DNA of 64,000 bases. It comes from an uncultured Actinomycetes bacterium (lineage in GTDB: Bacteria > Actinomycetota > Thermoleophilia > Gaiellales > Gaiellaceae). Shown here in pieces: positions 10,093 to 18,507 of the stretch. The notes below the pieces were generated by a model. It was not told the origin of the DNA and searched no databases. It saw nothing but the letters and a program-made list of their open reading frames with translations. Both the position numbers and the translations under genes were made by a program. The DNA lies in contig CAWGQF010000011.1 in NCBI GenBank assembly GCA_963824775.1, positions 60,389 through 124,388 on the forward strand, written 5' to 3'. How positions within the stretch are numbered: the first letter of the stretch is position 1; each line of letters starts with the position of its first letter.

Positions 10093-11028
10093 TTACCGTT
10101 GCCACACGAGCACCTCGCCCTCGTAGGGATCCCAGGTCTCGATCTCGCGGTCGACGACGGCCCGGATCGCGATCTCCTCGGAGGCGAGGGCGACGAGGTC
10201 GTCCGACTCGTAGAGGACGAGCGGCTTCGCGGCCATGTGATCCTTGGCCACGCCCAGGGCCTCCGCGGTGACGCACATGTAGGTGAAGACGCCGTCGAGC
10301 TCCTCGAGGCTCGCGCGCATCGCGTCCTCGAGCGTGGCGCCGTCGCTCATCTTCTCGGCGAGGTAGACGGCGATGATCTCCGAGTCGCACTCGGACTGGA
10401 ACCGGTGTCCGGAGCGCTCGAGGCGCCGCTTCCACTGGAAGTAGTTCGTCAGCTGGCCGTTGTGCACGACGGCGACGTCGTAGAAGGGGTACGCCCAGTA
10501 CGGGTGGGCGCCGGAGATGTCGACGTCCGACTCGGTCGCCATCCGCGCGTGGCCGATCGCGTGCGTGCCCGAGAAGTCGCCCAGACCGTACTGCTCCGCG
10601 ACCGACTCGGCGTCGCCGAGGTCCTTGACGATCTCGAGCGAGTTGCCGAGCGAGAGCACCTCGCAGCCGGCGACGTCCTCGACGTAGTCGGCGAGCGCCT
10701 TCGCGTCGCCGTCGTACTCGAGCGTGACCCGGTACGCGTACTCGGTCTCCTCTTCCATCGCGGTCACCCGGGCACCGAGTGTGCGGAGCCGCGTCTCGAC
10801 CTCGCGCTGGTGCCGGCGCAGCCGGTCGGCGAAGTCGAAGTCGCGCGGGTCGTTGGCGTCCGCCAGCTTGTAGCGCATGACGACCTGGTTCGACGCCGGG
10901 CCGTAGAGGGCGTAGCCGGTCGAGTCGGGACCGCGGTGCTTCATCGACTGGAGCATCCGGGTCATGTCGCGCCCGACGGGGTGGGGCTCCGCCCCGTTCC
11001 GGTAGATGATTCCCGCGATCCCGCACAT
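10093..11028 (-). CDS. mgsA: Class-II glutamine amidotransferase (N-methylglutamate synthase subunit A type).
   Basis: The N-terminal MCGIAG nucleophile Cys follows the start directly. Intact 311-aa ORF. Confidence 0.85.
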   Translation of the reverse strand: MCGIAGIIYRNGAEPHPVGRDMTRMLQSMKHRGPDSTGYALYGPASNQVVMRYKLADANDPRDFDFADRLRRHQREVETRLRTLGARVTAMEEETEYAYRVTLEYDGDAKALADYVEDVAGCEVLSLGNSLEIVKDLGDAESVAEQYGLGDFSGTHAIGHARMATESDVDISGAHPYWAYPFYDVAVVHNGQLTNYFQWKRRLERSGHRFQSECDSEIIAVYLAEKMSDGATLEDAMRASLEELDGVFTYMCVTAEALGVAKDHMAAKPLVLYESDDLVALASEEIAIRAVVDREIETWDPYEGEVLVWQR

Positions 11029-11040
11029 AGCTAGGTGGTT

Positions 11041-12487
11041 CTAGGGGAGCACGTCGAGATACCGCTCGCGCTCCCAGTCGGTCACCGCCGCCAGGAAGCG
11101 CTGCCACTCGTCGCGCTTGTAGTGCATATACACGTCGTAGAGGCGGCCGGGGAGCGCGGACCGCACGACCTCGTCCTCCTCGAGCGCGTCGAGCGCCTCG
11201 CCGAGGTGGTCGGGCACCCGTGGGATCTCGGTCCCCTCGGCCAGCACGTCGTAGACGTTCCGCTGCTGCGGCGGGCCCGGGTCGAGCTTGCGCTTGACAC
11301 CGTCGAGCCCTGCGCGGAGGAGCGCCGCCTGCGTCAGGTACGGGTTGCAGGCGGAGTCGACGGCGCGGAACTCGAAGCGTCCCCCGCTCGCGACGCGGAC
11401 GAGCGTCGTCCGGTTCTGCCAGCCATAGTCCTTGTAGATCGGCGCCCAGAAGCCGAAGTCCCAGAAGCGCTTGTAGGAGTTCACGGTCGAGGCGGTGATC
11501 GCGCAGAGGGCGCGATAGTGGTCGAGGATCCCGCCCATGAACTGGAGCCCGAGCTTCGAGAGCTTGGCCGGACCGTCCTCGTCGTAGAAGACGTTCGTCC
11601 CTTCCTCGTCCACGAGCGTGAAGTGGTGGTGGGCGCCGTTCGCGGAGACGCCGGTGAACGGCTTCGGCATGAAGGTCGCGAGGACGTCGTGCTTGCGCGC
11701 CACGGCCGCGCAGATCTGCCGGTAGGTGGAGAGATTGTCCGCGGTGCGAACTGCGCGGTCGAAGAGGAAGTTGAGCTCGAGCTGCCCGGGCGAGTCCTCG
11801 TGGTCACCGTACGTGGGCGAGATCCCTAGCCGCTCGCCGTAGTCGATCACGTCGAGGATGATCGGCCGGAGCTCCTCGAACTGGTTGATGTGGTAGCACC
11901 ACGGCTTCGTCAGGCCCTCGGCCTCGTTCGGGTCGTCCGTGCGGTTCATCCACATCATCTCGGGCTCGATCCCGCAGAGGAACGTGTAGCCGAGCTCCTG
12001 CTCGACCTCGTTCGTCGCCCGCTTCAGGTTCTGGCGCGGGTCGGACTCGAGGAGCGCCGCCGCTCTCCGTGTCGTAGCAGTCGCAGTAGACACGCGCGAC
12101 CCGTTCGTCCCACGGGAGCTGCGCGAACGTGTCGAGGTCGGCGATCGCGGCGAGCTCCGACTCCTCCGGTCCGAATCCGATGTAGCGGTCCCGGCTGTCG
12201 ACGAAGAGGTCGGCGGTCGCGCCGTAGACGAGCTGGTAGCCGTTCTCGGCCACGCGCTCCCACTGCGTGGCGGCGACGCCCTTCCCGTTCACGTGCCCGG
12301 AGACGGACACCTGCTGGAAGAAGATGTACTTGATCCCGCGCTCGTTGATCAGCTTGCGGATCTCCTGGATCTTCTGCCGGCGGCCGGGGTCGTTCCTGGC
12401 CTCGTCGAGCATGGGGAAGGGGTCGGGGATGCCGCCCTTGGCGAGGACGGTCTGCACCTCGGTGGGACGCCGTTCGACGACAGCCAT
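11041..12487 (-). CDS. gmaS: Glutamine synthetase family protein, by context gamma-glutamylmethylamide synthetase. One +1 frame break near 12060.
   Basis: ORFs 11804..12565 (from ATG 12487) and 11041..12093 are collinear. GS catalytic-domain sequence is present: GDHEDSPGQLELNF, NGAHHHF, NSYKRF. It is the first gene of the mgsABC operon. Confidence 0.8.
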
Positions 12488-12563
12488 GCACGCGCTCCTT
12501 TCGCTTTCGTCCAGCCTAAACGCTCGGCGCACGTTTCCACCCTGAGCGCCGTACGATGCGGGC

Positions 12564-12950
12564 ATGACCCGCTACCTGCACACGATGTACCGGATCACGG
12601 ATCCCGAGAAGAGCCGCGAGTTCTACGAGGCGCTCGGGTTCGAGTTCCGCCGCGACCTGCCGATCGAGCGCGACGGCCGGCTCGAGGCGACCAACTACTT
12701 CTTCGGGATCCCCGGCCAGGAGGAGGAGCTCGAGCTCACGTTCAACCACGACGGCCGCAGGTACGACCTGGGCACGGGCTACGGCCACGTCGCGCTCGCG
12801 GTCGACGACCTCGACGGGACGCTGGCGCGCCTGAAGGAGCAGGGCATCGAGCCGGAGCGCGAGCCGTATCGCGTGCGCGAAGGCGGCTCCCGGCTCTGCT
12901 TCGTCAACGACCCGGACGGCTACCGGGTTGAGCTGATCGAGTCGGCTTAG
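12564..12950 (+). CDS. gloA: Lactoylglutathione lyase / glyoxalase I (VOC family).
   Basis: Intact 128 aa: HTMYRITDPEKSREFY, GYGHVALAVDDLD, CFVNDPDGYRVELIESA stop. Confidence 0.85.
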   Translation: MTRYLHTMYRITDPEKSREFYEALGFEFRRDLPIERDGRLEATNYFFGIPGQEEELELTFNHDGRRYDLGTGYGHVALAVDDLDGTLARLKEQGIEPEREPYRVREGGSRLCFVNDPDGYRVELIESA

Positions 12951-13048
12951 TCGGCGGCGACATTGCGAGGAGTTGTGCTCCCTGTCACGTCGCGAATAGC
13001 ATCGCCGGCTCAGCCACTGCCGCCCGTCCAGTCCAGAGGAGGCCCCGA

Positions 13049-13429
13049 ATGCTGAGAGAATTCCGCGATTTTCTCTTACGAGGCAACATCATCGAACTCG
13101 CCGTCGCGTTCGTCCTCGGGGTGGCTTTCGGGGCACTCATCACCTCATTCGTCGACAACCTCTTGATGCCCGTCATCGCGATGATCATCGGGAAGCCAGA
13201 CTTCCGCGAGCTGACCTTCACGATCAACGACGCCGTCTTCCGTTACGGCGCCTTCCTCACCGACCTGCTCGCATTCGTTGCAGTCGCTGCTGCCGTCTTC
13301 TTCTTCGTAGTCAAGCCGGTGAACGCCCTGACGAACCGAATTCGGTCACCGGTCGAGGAGGGCCTGCCAGACGATGAGCGCCGCCACCAGGAGCTCCTTG
13401 CTGCACTCGGCCAGATTCGCGCGTCATAG
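13049..13429 (+). CDS. mscL: Large-conductance mechanosensitive channel.
   Basis: Textbook MscL N-terminus MLREFRDFLLRGNIIELAVAFVLGVAFG plus a second TM helix. G+C is visibly lower; a hand count of the first 120 nt gives about 54%. Confidence 0.9.
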   Translation: MLREFRDFLLRGNIIELAVAFVLGVAFGALITSFVDNLLMPVIAMIIGKPDFRELTFTINDAVFRYGAFLTDLLAFVAVAAAVFFFVVKPVNALTNRIRSPVEEGLPDDERRHQELLAALGQIRAS

Positions 13430-13477
13430 AGTGCGTTCGGCCGGATGCGAAGACGAAGTCAGTCGACCGTCAGCGCC

Positions 13478-13513
13478 CTGGACGGCTATCGCGCGGAGCT
13501 GATCGAGCCGTGA
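13478..13513 (+). repeat. VOC-gene 3'-end remnant, copy 2 (..LDGYRAELIEP stop).
   Basis: Core 13481-13507 GACGGCTATCGCGCGGAGCTGATCGAG matches the gloA end (12915-12941) at 23 of 27 positions and keeps the reading frame and a stop. Confidence 0.8.
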
Positions 13514-13530
13514 GTCGACTTGCGACCCTA

Positions 13531-13575
13531 CGGTTCGTAGACGGCTACCGGGTTGAGCTCATCGAGCGCGAGTGA
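13531..13575 (+). repeat. VOC-gene 3'-end remnant, copy 3 (..RFVDGYRVELIERE stop).
   Basis: Core 13540-13566 GACGGCTACCGGGTTGAGCTCATCGAG differs from the gloA end at 1 of 27 positions. Confidence 0.85.
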
Positions 13576-13594
13576 ATCAGCTCCCGCCGCGACG

Positions 13595-14038
13595 ATGAGC
13601 TCGGCGTCCGAGCCGCTTGACGGCGCGATCGTTGCGCGCGTTCGTGCGAGCTTCGCCCGTCAAGGAGCGATGGCGACTCTCTGCGCCGAACTTGCCCAAG
13701 TCGCCACCGGGCGTGTCGCCATCGCGCTGCCGATCGAGCCGCGCCTCTCCCAGCAGGACGGCTTCCTCCACGCAGGTGTCGTCGTGGCCGCGCTCGACAG
13801 CGCCTGCGGCTACGCGGCGTTGACGCTGATGCCGGACGACGCGGAGGTCTTGACCGTCGAGCTCAAGACCAACCTCCTCGCGCCGGCCGGCGGCGACAGC
13901 CTCGTCGCCGAAGGCGAGGTCGTCCGTGCCGGCCGCACGCTGACCGTCTGCCGCGGCGAGGCGTTCGCGGAGGAGGGCGACGACCGCGTCCACGTCGCAA
14001 CGATGCTGGCGACGATGGTCCGCCGGCGCACAGGATGA
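13595..14038 (+). CDS. PaaI/hotdog-fold thioesterase.
   Basis: ..PRLSQQDGFLHAGVVVAALDSACGYAALTL..VVRAGRTLTVCRGEAF.. is a typical PaaI-type hotdog sequence. ATG 13595 is the first ATG inside ORF 13553..14038. Confidence 0.8.
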   Translation: MSSASEPLDGAIVARVRASFARQGAMATLCAELAQVATGRVAIALPIEPRLSQQDGFLHAGVVVAALDSACGYAALTLMPDDAEVLTVELKTNLLAPAGGDSLVAEGEVVRAGRTLTVCRGEAFAEEGDDRVHVATMLATMVRRRTG

Positions 14039-14045
14039 ACCGCGA

Positions 14046-14107
14046 GTGAATCAGCTTGTCGTCGTACGATTCCCAGACGGCTATCGCGTCAGCTCATCGA
14101 GAAGTAG
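14046..14107 (+). repeat. VOC-gene 3'-end remnant, copy 4 (VNQLVVVRFPDGYRV.LIEK stop, with a 1-nt gap).
   Basis: Core 14076-14101 GACGGCTATCGCGTCAGCTCATCGAG is the 27-mer minus one base. A further 30 nt upstream still reads as a VOC beta-strand. Confidence 0.8.
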
Positions 14108-14293
14108 CCCGCGGCTCGCGGGCCGTTCCACGACGTGTCCGATCAGCGGAGATTCTTGCCCCTTGAAGTCGGCTCCGGCGAACGTTCCGCGAACCGTCCT
14201 CGCAGGACGGGGCGCATGCTGCCGCGCTTGACGGGTGGGGATCTGACCCACTGTCGCGCCCCGCCCGGGCGACGTCAAGCGCTCCCGCGCTTC

Positions 14294-14315
14294 GTCAAGG
14301 CGAGGTCGCCTTGAC
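14294..14315 (+). promoter_or_regulatory. Perfect 9-bp stem / 4-nt loop hairpin (GTCAAGGCG-AGGT-CGCCTTGAC) upstream of the amidohydrolase gene.
   Basis: Read directly from the sequence. A second inverted pair, GCGCTTGAC (14224-14232) / GTCAAGCGC (14274-14282), lies just upstream. Confidence 0.3.
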
Positions 14316-14429
14316 ACCACGGGGGTCAGGCGAAAGGATCGTCAGACCGTCTGACGACGCCGCGGCGGAGTGACTGCGCCGTTGAGCGAGGCGCGGCCTC
14401 CCGTGCAATCGCCGGAAAGGAAGGCCAGC

Positions 14430-16187
14430 ATGAGCGCCGAGGATCCCCGCGCTGGTGGGGCAGAGTCGACCGACGAGGCGATCGAAGAAGGGATTTCCCG
14501 TAGAAGGTTCATTCTCGGGGGCGCCGCCGCAGGCGCGGCCCTCGGCCTGGGGGGCCCGGGCGGAGTTGCCGCAGCGCGGGGATCCGATCGGCCGGCGACT
14601 CCGCGCGTACATCCGTCGGACGACGAGCTCGTCCTCTACAACGGCAAGGTCAGGACGATGGACGACGAAGACAGCGTCGTCTCGGGCGTCGCGATTCGCG
14701 GAGGGCGGTTCGTCGAGGTTGGCAAGTTCGGTCGCCGGGGCCGCAACGCAGTAGACCTCAAGGGGCGCACCGTCATCCCTGGCCTGATTGAGAGCTGCGA
14801 CCACATCGTCAGCTTCGGCAACTACCGGCCCGGCTACCACACGGTGCTTGAGAACGCGACCTCGATCGCGGAGATCCAGGCCATCCTGGCTGCGCGCCGC
14901 GCGGATGTCCCTCCGGGTGAGTGGATCACCTCGCTCGGTGCCTGGACGGCAGAAACGATGTTCGCCGAGCACCGACTGCCGAACCGAGCGGAGCTCGACG
15001 CGGCCGTGCCGGACCGTCCGGTGCTCCTCTACCAGACGACCGTTGGGCCGGCTTCGGTGAACAGCCTCGGCAAGGCGTACTTCGAGTCAGCCTCGATTCC
15101 GGTCGTGGTCGGCGCCGACGGCATGATCGCCTCGGGCATCCAGTCGACGACTGCCCTCTATCTTCTGCGTCAGACCCAGACGCTGGAGCAGCGGCGGCGA
15201 TCCACGCAGGAAGCATGGGGGTATTGCGCCAGCGTCGGGCTGACCTCTCATATAGACCAGCAAGGGATCGCAAGCCCGCCGAGCCCGCAATACGCGCTCG
15301 GCAGCGCGGTTCTCACGGAGCCGAGCCTCAACCGCAACCAAACGCTCTTTCACTTCGACCACTTCCGCCACTACGACACGTGGTGGGGGCTCCACCGAGA
15401 GGGCAAGACGACCGTGCGAATGCAGGCCGACTTCGTCATCGACACCCTCGAGGTTCTCAACGAACGCATCAAGAACCAGCTCCCCTTCTTCGGCGACGAC
15501 ATGCTGTCGACGCACGCGGTCCACTTCCAGCCCGCCGGGGGCACCACCAATCCGATCTGGCTCGAGGGCTACCGGCTCATGGCCCGGTTTGGCTGGCGAG
15601 GCAGGTCGGGCGCCGGGACAGTGGCCCTGATGGAGAGCGCGATCAGCGGCTTCGAGCAGATCAGCACCGAGTTCGACATCACCGACCTCCGCTGGACGCT
15701 CCACCGCATGGCCGGAACCACGCATGCACAGCTCGACCGGCTGAAGGCACTCGGCGGCACCGTGAACGTCGTTTCCAGGTCGTATCCCCTGCGGGCGGCG
15801 CAGGCCCCGACAGCGCCGTTTCGGACCGTGGTCGACAACGGCATCCATGCCGGCATCCACATGGACGGAGGCCACATCGCGACGCTCAACCCGTGGATCA
15901 CGATTTACTTCGCCGTGACGGGTCGCAATGCGCTCGGCGAGCTGGTCAACCCCGGCCAGCAAATCACGCGCCAGGAGGCGCTTCGTCTCTTCACCCGCGG
16001 AAACGCCTACCAGATGAGAATGGAGGACAAGCTCGGCTCGATCGAGATCGGCAAGCTCGCCGACCTCGTCGTCCTCGACAAGGACTACCTAGCCGTGAGC
16101 GACGAGAACCTCAAGAGGATCCGCTCCGTTCTCACCATCGTGGACGGGAAGGTCATCCACGACTCCGGAGCTCTCAAGGTTCGCTAG
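14430..16187 (+). CDS. Tat-exported amidohydrolase-family (YtcJ-like) metal-dependent hydrolase.
   Basis: Twin-arginine signal SRRRFILGGAAAGAALG. An SD-like GGAAAGGAAGG precedes ATG 14430. PGLIESCDH and HMDGGH occupy the usual metal-ligand positions. Intact about 585 aa. Confidence 0.7.
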   Translation: MSAEDPRAGGAESTDEAIEEGISRRRFILGGAAAGAALGLGGPGGVAAARGSDRPATPRVHPSDDELVLYNGKVRTMDDEDSVVSGVAIRGGRFVEVGKFGRRGRNAVDLKGRTVIPGLIESCDHIVSFGNYRPGYHTVLENATSIAEIQAILAARRADVPPGEWITSLGAWTAETMFAEHRLPNRAELDAAVPDRPVLLYQTTVGPASVNSLGKAYFESASIPVVVGADGMIASGIQSTTALYLLRQTQTLEQRRRSTQEAWGYCASVGLTSHIDQQGIASPPSPQYALGSAVLTEPSLNRNQTLFHFDHFRHYDTWWGLHREGKTTVRMQADFVIDTLEVLNERIKNQLPFFGDDMLSTHAVHFQPAGGTTNPIWLEGYRLMARFGWRGRSGAGTVALMESAISGFEQISTEFDITDLRWTLHRMAGTTHAQLDRLKALGGTVNVVSRSYPLRAAQAPTAPFRTVVDNGIHAGIHMDGGHIATLNPWITIYFAVTGRNALGELVNPGQQITRQEALRLFTRGNAYQMRMEDKLGSIEIGKLADLVVLDKDYLAVSDENLKRIRSVLTIVDGKVIHDSGALKVR

Positions 16188-16501
16188 CACGGAGGTACAT
16201 CGACCAGCCGGAGCGAGACGAAGCATCTGGGGTACGGCGAGGGCGCTCCCAAGCTGACCCGCTCCGTGACGCAGTCGCAGGCTTCCCCCGCCCAACCACG
16301 GTGATCCGCGAGTCACCGGACGGAATCGAGCCCAGGCGACGCTGCACGCGCTTGCGGTGAGAGAGGACTGGGCGCCCCGACGCGAGGCCCGTGGCACGGA
16401 ACCGCGGTGGTGCTTGCCTAGGCCGAGTGCGACCGCACGTGGGAGGGGATCTGGCCGCGATCGGCAGGTGCAGGCCCCGCCGGTGTCAGCGTGTCTGGTT
16501 G

Positions 16502-16527
16502 CGAGTCGGGGCGGGCCCCGCGACTCG
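16502..16527 (+). terminator. Terminator-like GC-rich hairpin followed by a T-rich run (..ACATTTTCGTGTT).
   Basis: CGAGTCGGGG-loop-CCCCGCGACTCG gives 7+3 bp with one bulge. It lies about 310 nt after the amidohydrolase stop and directly abuts VOC remnant copy 5. Confidence 0.3.
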
Positions 16528-16580
16528 ACATTTTCGTGTTCCCAGACGGCTATCGGGTTGAGCTCATCGAGCGGGCCTAG
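16521..16580 (+). repeat. VOC-gene 3'-end remnant, copy 5 (RLDIFVFPDGYRVELIERA stop).
   Basis: Core 16545-16571 GACGGCTATCGGGTTGAGCTCATCGAG differs from the gloA end at 2 of 27 positions, both at codon third positions. Upstream codons parallel gloA ..RLCFVNDP... Confidence 0.85.
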
Positions 16581-16619
16581 CCGCCCTCGGCTCGTCCGGC
16601 GCGGCGGCGTCGATCGCCG

Positions 16620-17283
16620 ATGACGTCGGGGCCGCCGCTCTACGGCCCGCAGCAATCGCGCTTCGCGCGCTATCTCGAGTGGCGCGAGCTTCGCTCCCCG
16701 GATCCGGTGGCGCGTGAGCTCCGACGGCGGTTGATCGCGGGGCTGCGCGGGCAAGTGCTCGAGCTCGGCTGCGGGGACGGGCGCGCGTTCGAGTCCTACC
16801 GGCCGGGCGTGACTCGGGTGCTGGCAGTCGAGCCCGACCCCACGGCGCGGGCGGCTGCCGAGGAGCGTGTGCGTGCCGCCGCGGTTCCGATCGAGGTCGT
16901 GGACGGCGACGCATCGACGCTACCGGCGGAGGACGGAGCCTTCGACGCAGCGGTCGTGGTGTGGGTTCTCTGCAGCGTGCCCGACCTGGCCGCGGCGCTC
17001 GCGGAGCTACGTCGTGTGCTCGCGCCCGGCGGCGAGCTCCCGCTTCTACGAGCACGTCCGGTCCGAGCGAGCTGCGTTTCGTGGGGTTCAGCGCGCCGTC
17101 GACGGTGTGTTCTGGACGCGGGCGCTCGGCGGCTGTCGCACGACGAGGGACACCTTGGGCGCGATCGTCGGGGCGGGGTTCGAGATCGACGCGCTCGAAC
17201 GGGGGTTCCACTCGTCCTCCGTGCTCACCATCACGTCGGCGCCGTACGTACTGGGAATCGCCCGCCGTCCGGGCACACAGTGA
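16620..17283 (+). CDS. Class I SAM-dependent methyltransferase. One +1 frame break near 17040.
   Basis: SAM motif I VLELGCGDGR and ..LAPGGEL. The C-terminal part (RFYEHVRSE..FEIDALERGF) continues in ORF 16867..17283. Confidence 0.8.
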
Positions 17284-17556
17284 GGGCAGGTCGGCGTCGT
17301 CGAGCGAAGTCGAGCGCTAGGCGCGGCGGAGCGACGCGCGGAAGTTCGGCTGCCGGCGGCCGGCGACGGAGGCACGCGCTGCCGCATCGGCGCGCCGCTG
17401 CATCCTGACGAGCGGCTCCACGAGGCCCAACCTGGCTGCGATGCGGTAGCGAATCATTGGCAGTGGTTTCGGCGGGGAGGTCGAGTCCGTTCTCCCCCCG
17501 TTCGGCTATTTCGAACCATCTCGCCGGACAACTTCCTGCCTCGCGATACTTCCAGT

Positions 17557-18102
17557 GTGTACGCGAGCGCCGACGAGCTGCAGGGAGGCCTGGACGAGAT
17601 CTTGCTCTCACCTCCGACCGAAGGAACCGTCGAGTTGATCGTCCGACGGCCCACTGAGGACGAGCGCGAAGTCCTCCAGGAAGGCGAGCTCGATCTGGTC
17701 GAGGGGCTGGTCGGCGACTCGTGGCGGGTGCGTGGAAGTCGGCAGACGGACGACGGCTCGGCGCATCCCGGCATGCAGGTGACGCTGATGAACGCTCGTG
17801 TAATCGCGCTCATCGCCAGGGAGCGCGACCGGTGGCCACTTGCCGGCGACCAGCTCTACGTCGACCTCGACCTGCGTAGCGAGAACCTGCCTCCGGGCAC
17901 GCGCCTCGCGCTCGGGTCGGCCGTGCTCGAGGTGAGCGAGGAACCCCATACCGGCTGCGCGAAGTTCAGCTGCCGTTTCGGCTCGCAGGCCCTCCGGTTC
18001 GTGAACTCACCGGTTGGTCGCAGCCTGCGGCTGCGCGGACTGAACGCTCGGGTCGTGGAGTCGGGGACCGTACGCCGAGGGGACGCCGTCCAGAAGCTTT
18101 GA
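17557..18102 (+). CDS. MOSC domain-containing protein.
   Basis: Intact 181 aa: ..GDQLYVDLDLRSENLPPGTRLALGSAVLEVSEEPHTGCAKF.. is typical of a MOSC beta-barrel with the conserved Cys. Confidence 0.8.
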   Translation: MYASADELQGGLDEILLSPPTEGTVELIVRRPTEDEREVLQEGELDLVEGLVGDSWRVRGSRQTDDGSAHPGMQVTLMNARVIALIARERDRWPLAGDQLYVDLDLRSENLPPGTRLALGSAVLEVSEEPHTGCAKFSCRFGSQALRFVNSPVGRSLRLRGLNARVVESGTVRRGDAVQKL

Positions 18103-18198
18103 GCGCGCCGGCGTTCGACACACATTCGTGACGAAGTCGCGCCACTCTCGACACGGCTCGTCACAAACTCGTGCGCTTTTCCTCTCTACGGTGCTTCC

Positions 18199-18507
18199 AT
18201 GGCACGAACGGCGACCACCGCGTGGGGAATGACCACGATCGTCGAGGAGGTCACGCTCCCGCAACGGGCCGGTGACAGGCGATTCACGTCGCTCGTTCAG
18301 CTGCTCGAGGACGGAGGGGGAAAGCAGTACGTCCGCTTCGCCTATGCGACCGAAGGCACGGCCCGCCGAGGGCCGGTCACGCTCCGCCGGGAGGACCTGA
18401 AGCGACTCGCCTCGGCGCTCGCGCACAACTCCGGGCTCGCTTCAGCACTGGCGCTCGAGTCGGCGGCGCCACCGCGAGGGGGTGGTCGGCGGGCGAGCGC
18501 GAAGTGA
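18199..18507 (+). CDS. Hypothetical protein.
   Basis: 102-aa ORF with non-repetitive composition (..EEVTLPQRAGDRRFTSLVQLLEDGGGKQYVRFAYATEG..). I do not recognise a family. Confidence 0.4.
   Translation: MARTATTAWGMTTIVEEVTLPQRAGDRRFTSLVQLLEDGGGKQYVRFAYATEGTARRGPVTLRREDLKRLASALAHNSGLASALALESAAPPRGGGRRASAK

Noticed and set aside
12915-16580. Classical integron reading of the VOC-end repeats, since GGTTGAGC contains GTTGAGC, which fits the attC core GTTRRRY.
   Set aside because: I found no inverse core (RYYYAAC) partner or attC-like imperfect hairpin around any copy. There is no intI gene or attI in the window. The repeats are plainly protein-coding remnants in frame with stops. I keep the cassette idea but not the integron label.
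17498-17527. Possible sixth, degenerate VOC-end copy (CCGTTCGGCTATTTCGAACCATCTCGCCGG; ..PFGYFEPSRR) between the methyltransferase and MOSC genes.
   Set aside because: Only GGCTAT and scattered bases match the core. The similarity is too weak to distinguish from chance by eye and needs an alignment score.
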